Shown one piece after another: positions 61,110 to 64,000 of a DNA stretch of 64,000 nt. The DNA comes from an uncultured Muribaculaceae bacterium (lineage in GTDB: Bacteria; Bacillota_I; Bacilli_A; RF39; UBA660). The notes below the pieces were generated by a model, which was given only the letters and a program-made list of their open reading frames with translations, was not told where the DNA came from and did no database searches. Numbering within the stretch: the first letter of the stretch is position 1; the number at the start of each line of letters is the position of its first letter. The stretch spans positions 4,912 through 68,911 of the forward strand of contig CAYLJU010000002.1 of NCBI GenBank assembly GCA_964384115.1, given 5' to 3'. The position numbers were made by a program, and so were the translations under genes.

Positions 61110-62615
61110 ATGATAGTGCGCAAACCATATGCTTTTTTTATAAAACATTTTAGACTTTTTCATATTATCTTTTTATTAATAGCTTTTAAGCTTATTGTTG
61201 TGAATATTTCACTTTTTGAATTTTTTGATAGTTATGTAAATTCTAATCCTACTGTTATTAGTTCTTTTGTTGTTGATTCAATAAAAATTAATATTATATG
61301 GCCAATTATTTTACTTATTGGTCTGTGTATTGTAATGGGTGTTTTAATATATAAAAAAAAGGATGTTAAACTTTATATTATTACTATTATTAGTTATGTT
61401 TTAATTACAATTCTGTTTACTATTTCTAATAGAATATTGGATAATTTAACTGAATATTTGGTGGATATAAGAATTGTTAAAGCCATACATGATATTTTAC
61501 TTGTTAGTTCTTTTGTTCAAGCTATTTTAATTGCTTTATTATTTACTAGAGCGACTGGTTTTGATATTAAAAAATTTGATTTTGCGAAAGATTATGCTGA
61601 AATGCAAGTTCTTGATGAAGATAGGGAAGAAGTTGAACTTAGCCTTGAATTTGATATTAATAGTTTAAAAACACGTATTAATAGATTCTTTAGAAAATTT
61701 AAGTATTTTTATTTAGAAAATAAAATGATGTGTATTTGTATAGTTGTTATTTTTATTGGCGCTATTGGTGGTTCTATTTATTTTTATATTAATAATAGTT
61801 CATATATAACTGTTAAAGGAAATGTTATTAATTCTAGAAAATATGTGATTTCTTATGTTAATAGTTTTGTTGATAATAAAGATGCTGGTGATAAAATAAT
61901 AAATGGTGATAATTTTGTTATTTTGAATGCAAATATTAAACTTAGGGGAAGTTCAAAAAATACATTTAATACTTCTAATTTAATTTTAGTTATAAATAAT
62001 ATTTCTTATGTTCCTTTAAAAAAATATAATCAGTATTTTGAAGATTTTGGTGTTGGTTATGCTGATGAATATATTATTAATAGTGGTGATTATTATTTTG
62101 TTTATGATATACCAAGTAGTGTTTCTTTGGATAATATTAAATTAGTTTATGTTGATGTTGATAAATATTATCAAAAGGATATTGATTATGTTGATTTAAG
62201 AGATGATAATTTTATTGGTTCTTATGCTGTTGGTGATGATATTAAGATTGATGTATCTTTTATGAGTTCTGATTTTAAAATAGAAGAAGTTAGTTTTAAA
62301 GAAAAATTTTTGGTTCCATATATTTTTAAAACAACAAATAATTATTATTCTAGTAGTTATTATGTTGCGCCTTCTATTAGTGGTAATTATGATAAAGGTG
62401 TGATTAGGTTTGTTAGTAATGATTGCTCTATTATAGATAAATATGGGGAAATATATTATGATGGTAAAAAATCTAATGTTCCTTTAAAAAAAATAGTTCC
62501 TATTAAATCTAGTAATTATTGTTATTTTGAATGTGATCGTGAAGTTTTAAATGCTGATTCTATTTATTTAAATTTAAATATTAGAGGAAATGTATATAAA
62601 TATTATTTAAAATAA
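61110..62615 (+). CDS. Membrane protein with large extracytoplasmic C-terminal domain
   Basis: Four to five N-terminal TMs, then a TM and about 280 aa of soluble domain; unknown function. Confidence 0.4.
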   Translation: MIVRKPYAFFIKHFRLFHIIFLLIAFKLIVVNISLFEFFDSYVNSNPTVISSFVVDSIKINIIWPIILLIGLCIVMGVLIYKKKDVKLYIITIISYVLITILFTISNRILDNLTEYLVDIRIVKAIHDILLVSSFVQAILIALLFTRATGFDIKKFDFAKDYAEMQVLDEDREEVELSLEFDINSLKTRINRFFRKFKYFYLENKMMCICIVVIFIGAIGGSIYFYINNSSYITVKGNVINSRKYVISYVNSFVDNKDAGDKIINGDNFVILNANIKLRGSSKNTFNTSNLILVINNISYVPLKKYNQYFEDFGVGYADEYIINSGDYYFVYDIPSSVSLDNIKLVYVDVDKYYQKDIDYVDLRDDNFIGSYAVGDDIKIDVSFMSSDFKIEEVSFKEKFLVPYIFKTTNNYYSSSYYVAPSISGNYDKGVIRFVSNDCSIIDKYGEIYYDGKKSNVPLKKIVPIKSSNYCYFECDREVLNADSIYLNLNIRGNVYKYYLK

Positions 62616-62665
62616 AAAAAGTATTTTATTATTTTTGATAATGTGTTATAATCTACTATAGGAGA

Positions 62666-63277
62666 GTGGAAATGGGAAGATTTTTAATTGCATTTATTAC
62701 TCTATTTTTCATGGTACCTGTATATGCTTGCAATTCTTCTATTAAATCTGAACAAAAGATGCTTGCAAGTAATGTTAATTTTAATTTAGATTATCGAATT
62801 GTTAATGATGAAGCTATATTTAGGGTTACTGTTACGGGTTTAAATGAACAATTATATTTGGTTGATAGTAATAATAAAAAATATTATGGTAAAGATAAAG
62901 ATAGTTTTGTTATTGATAATTTAGAAGGTGGAAAAAAATATAAATTTACTATTTATAGTGATATTTATGATTTTTGTTCGTTTGGTTCTTTAAGTAGCAA
63001 AACATTTACAACACCTATTTATAATAGATTTTATAAAGATGACTTATGTTTAAATCATCAAAATTCTAATTTATGTTATAGATGGGTTAGTGTTGAAATG
63101 GATTATGAAGAATTTAAAAAAAAAATAGGTGAACTTAAGTCTGATGTTATAGTTGAACCTGATATTAATGATGGTAACAAAAATTATTCTGGTTATTTGG
63201 GTATAGTTATTACTTCCATTATAATTATATCTGGTTTAGTTATTATATTTATTAAGAGAAAAAGTGTGGGTTTTTAG
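62666..63277 (+). CDS. Exported protein with C-terminal TM anchor
   Basis: Signal peptide with Cys (possible lipoprotein 'VYAC'), beta-rich domain, C-terminal 'IVITSIIIISGLVIIFIKRK'. Confidence 0.4.
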   Translation: MEMGRFLIAFITLFFMVPVYACNSSIKSEQKMLASNVNFNLDYRIVNDEAIFRVTVTGLNEQLYLVDSNNKKYYGKDKDSFVIDNLEGGKKYKFTIYSDIYDFCSFGSLSSKTFTTPIYNRFYKDDLCLNHQNSNLCYRWVSVEMDYEEFKKKIGELKSDVIVEPDINDGNKNYSGYLGIVITSIIIISGLVIIFIKRKSVGF

Positions 63278-63287
63278 GAGGTAAAAT

Positions 63288-64000
63288 ATGAAGAAAAAAA
63301 TTGGTTTATTATTATTTGCTATGTTAATTTCTTTTTGTTTTATTAATGTTGAGGCAAAGACAGTATGGAAAGTTTTCTTGGTTGGATGTGAAGAATCAGA
63401 AAAAGCTTACCAAGAATATTTTGGTAAAAAACTAACTAAATCTGGTAGTTATCCTGTTGAAGTTGATGATTCTTATAAAGATATAGATGGAAAATTTGAT
63501 GATAGTAGTTCAACTAGTGGATGTGGGCCTAGTACGTCTGGTAATTTAGCTTGCTCATTTGGATGCTTGGAAGAAGCAGTTGATAATGCGAATGATCCTT
63601 ATAAAATTGGGAATACAAAAGATTTATTTGATGCTTTTGGTGAAACTGGCAATAATGTTAATTCTTATTGTAAGGAAGTTTGTTTTGATAAAAAGCAATT
63701 TATTGCTCCGGAAAATAATTCAATAACTGTAAAGCAGGGAACACGATTTAATTGGTTGAATTCAGAAGGTCACATTTTAACATTAAAGGATGATCGTACA
63801 TGTATAACTTTCTTTGATTATACTAGTTGGAAAAGTGCTTATAATACTGCTAAAGATCAAATTGTTAGTATTACTGGGACTTTGAGAAATAAGCAAAGTT
63901 ATACTGCCTATTGTAAAAGTGGATATAAAAATGAAAACGGTAGTTGTGTTTCATATACTACAGTGGTAACTGATAGTTATGTTGCAACTTGTAGAGTTGG
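63288..64000 (+). CDS. Secreted Cys-containing protein, 3' end beyond window
   Basis: RBS AGGAGG, signal peptide MKKKIGLLLFAMLISFCFINVEA; runs off the window. Confidence 0.4.
   Translation, partial: MKKKIGLLLFAMLISFCFINVEAKTVWKVFLVGCEESEKAYQEYFGKKLTKSGSYPVEVDDSYKDIDGKFDDSSSTSGCGPSTSGNLACSFGCLEEAVDNANDPYKIGNTKDLFDAFGETGNNVNSYCKEVCFDKKQFIAPENNSITVKQGTRFNWLNSEGHILTLKDDRTCITFFDYTSWKSAYNTAKDQIVSITGTLRNKQSYTAYCKSGYKNENGSCVSYTTVVTDSYVATCRV

Overview
This is an AT-rich (about 25% GC), standard-code chromosomal stretch from a low-GC Gram-positive spore-former (Clostridia/Erysipelotrichia-like); an alpha/beta-type SASP gene is present. Most of the window is housekeeping: pcrA, a rimP-nusA-ylxR-infB-rbfA operon with unusual inserted genes, deoC-tyrS and asnS behind T-box leaders, tRNA-His, pyrG, htpG with a CIRCE operator, rpmB, dnaE, lemA/DUF2207, an ireB-ruvX-DUF1292-mltG cluster, ddl, pyk, a GH31 glucosidase, a P-type ATPase, an ABC exporter, an MGDG-synthase-like GT and a GH3 hexosaminidase. 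Four things stand out. (1) The left about 7 kb is the right end of an integrated element: a large serine recombinase at 5378..7000 sits next to an ABC substrate-binding-protein gene whose 3' end is missing from the junction, and the cargo includes an excisionase-like HTH gene, a sortase B homologue and an NPQT-anchored surface protein. (2) A compact locus at about 32.55-33.26 kb has the architecture of a type III toxin-antitoxin (ToxIN-like) system. It has a promoter, 2.2 direct repeats of 49 nt that fold into an H-type pseudoknot with compensatory base changes between copies, a terminator, and a ToxN/AbiQ-like ORF. That ORF is broken by two in-frame TGA codons. (3) A roughly 230-nt element carrying two tiny tandem ORFs occurs twice, upstream of the asnS T-box and upstream of pyk. 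(4) The nusA-infB operon carries an HNH-like nuclease gene and a dCMP deaminase gene, lacks L7Ae, and its rimP is truncated. No CRISPR array, rRNA or obvious IS element is present.
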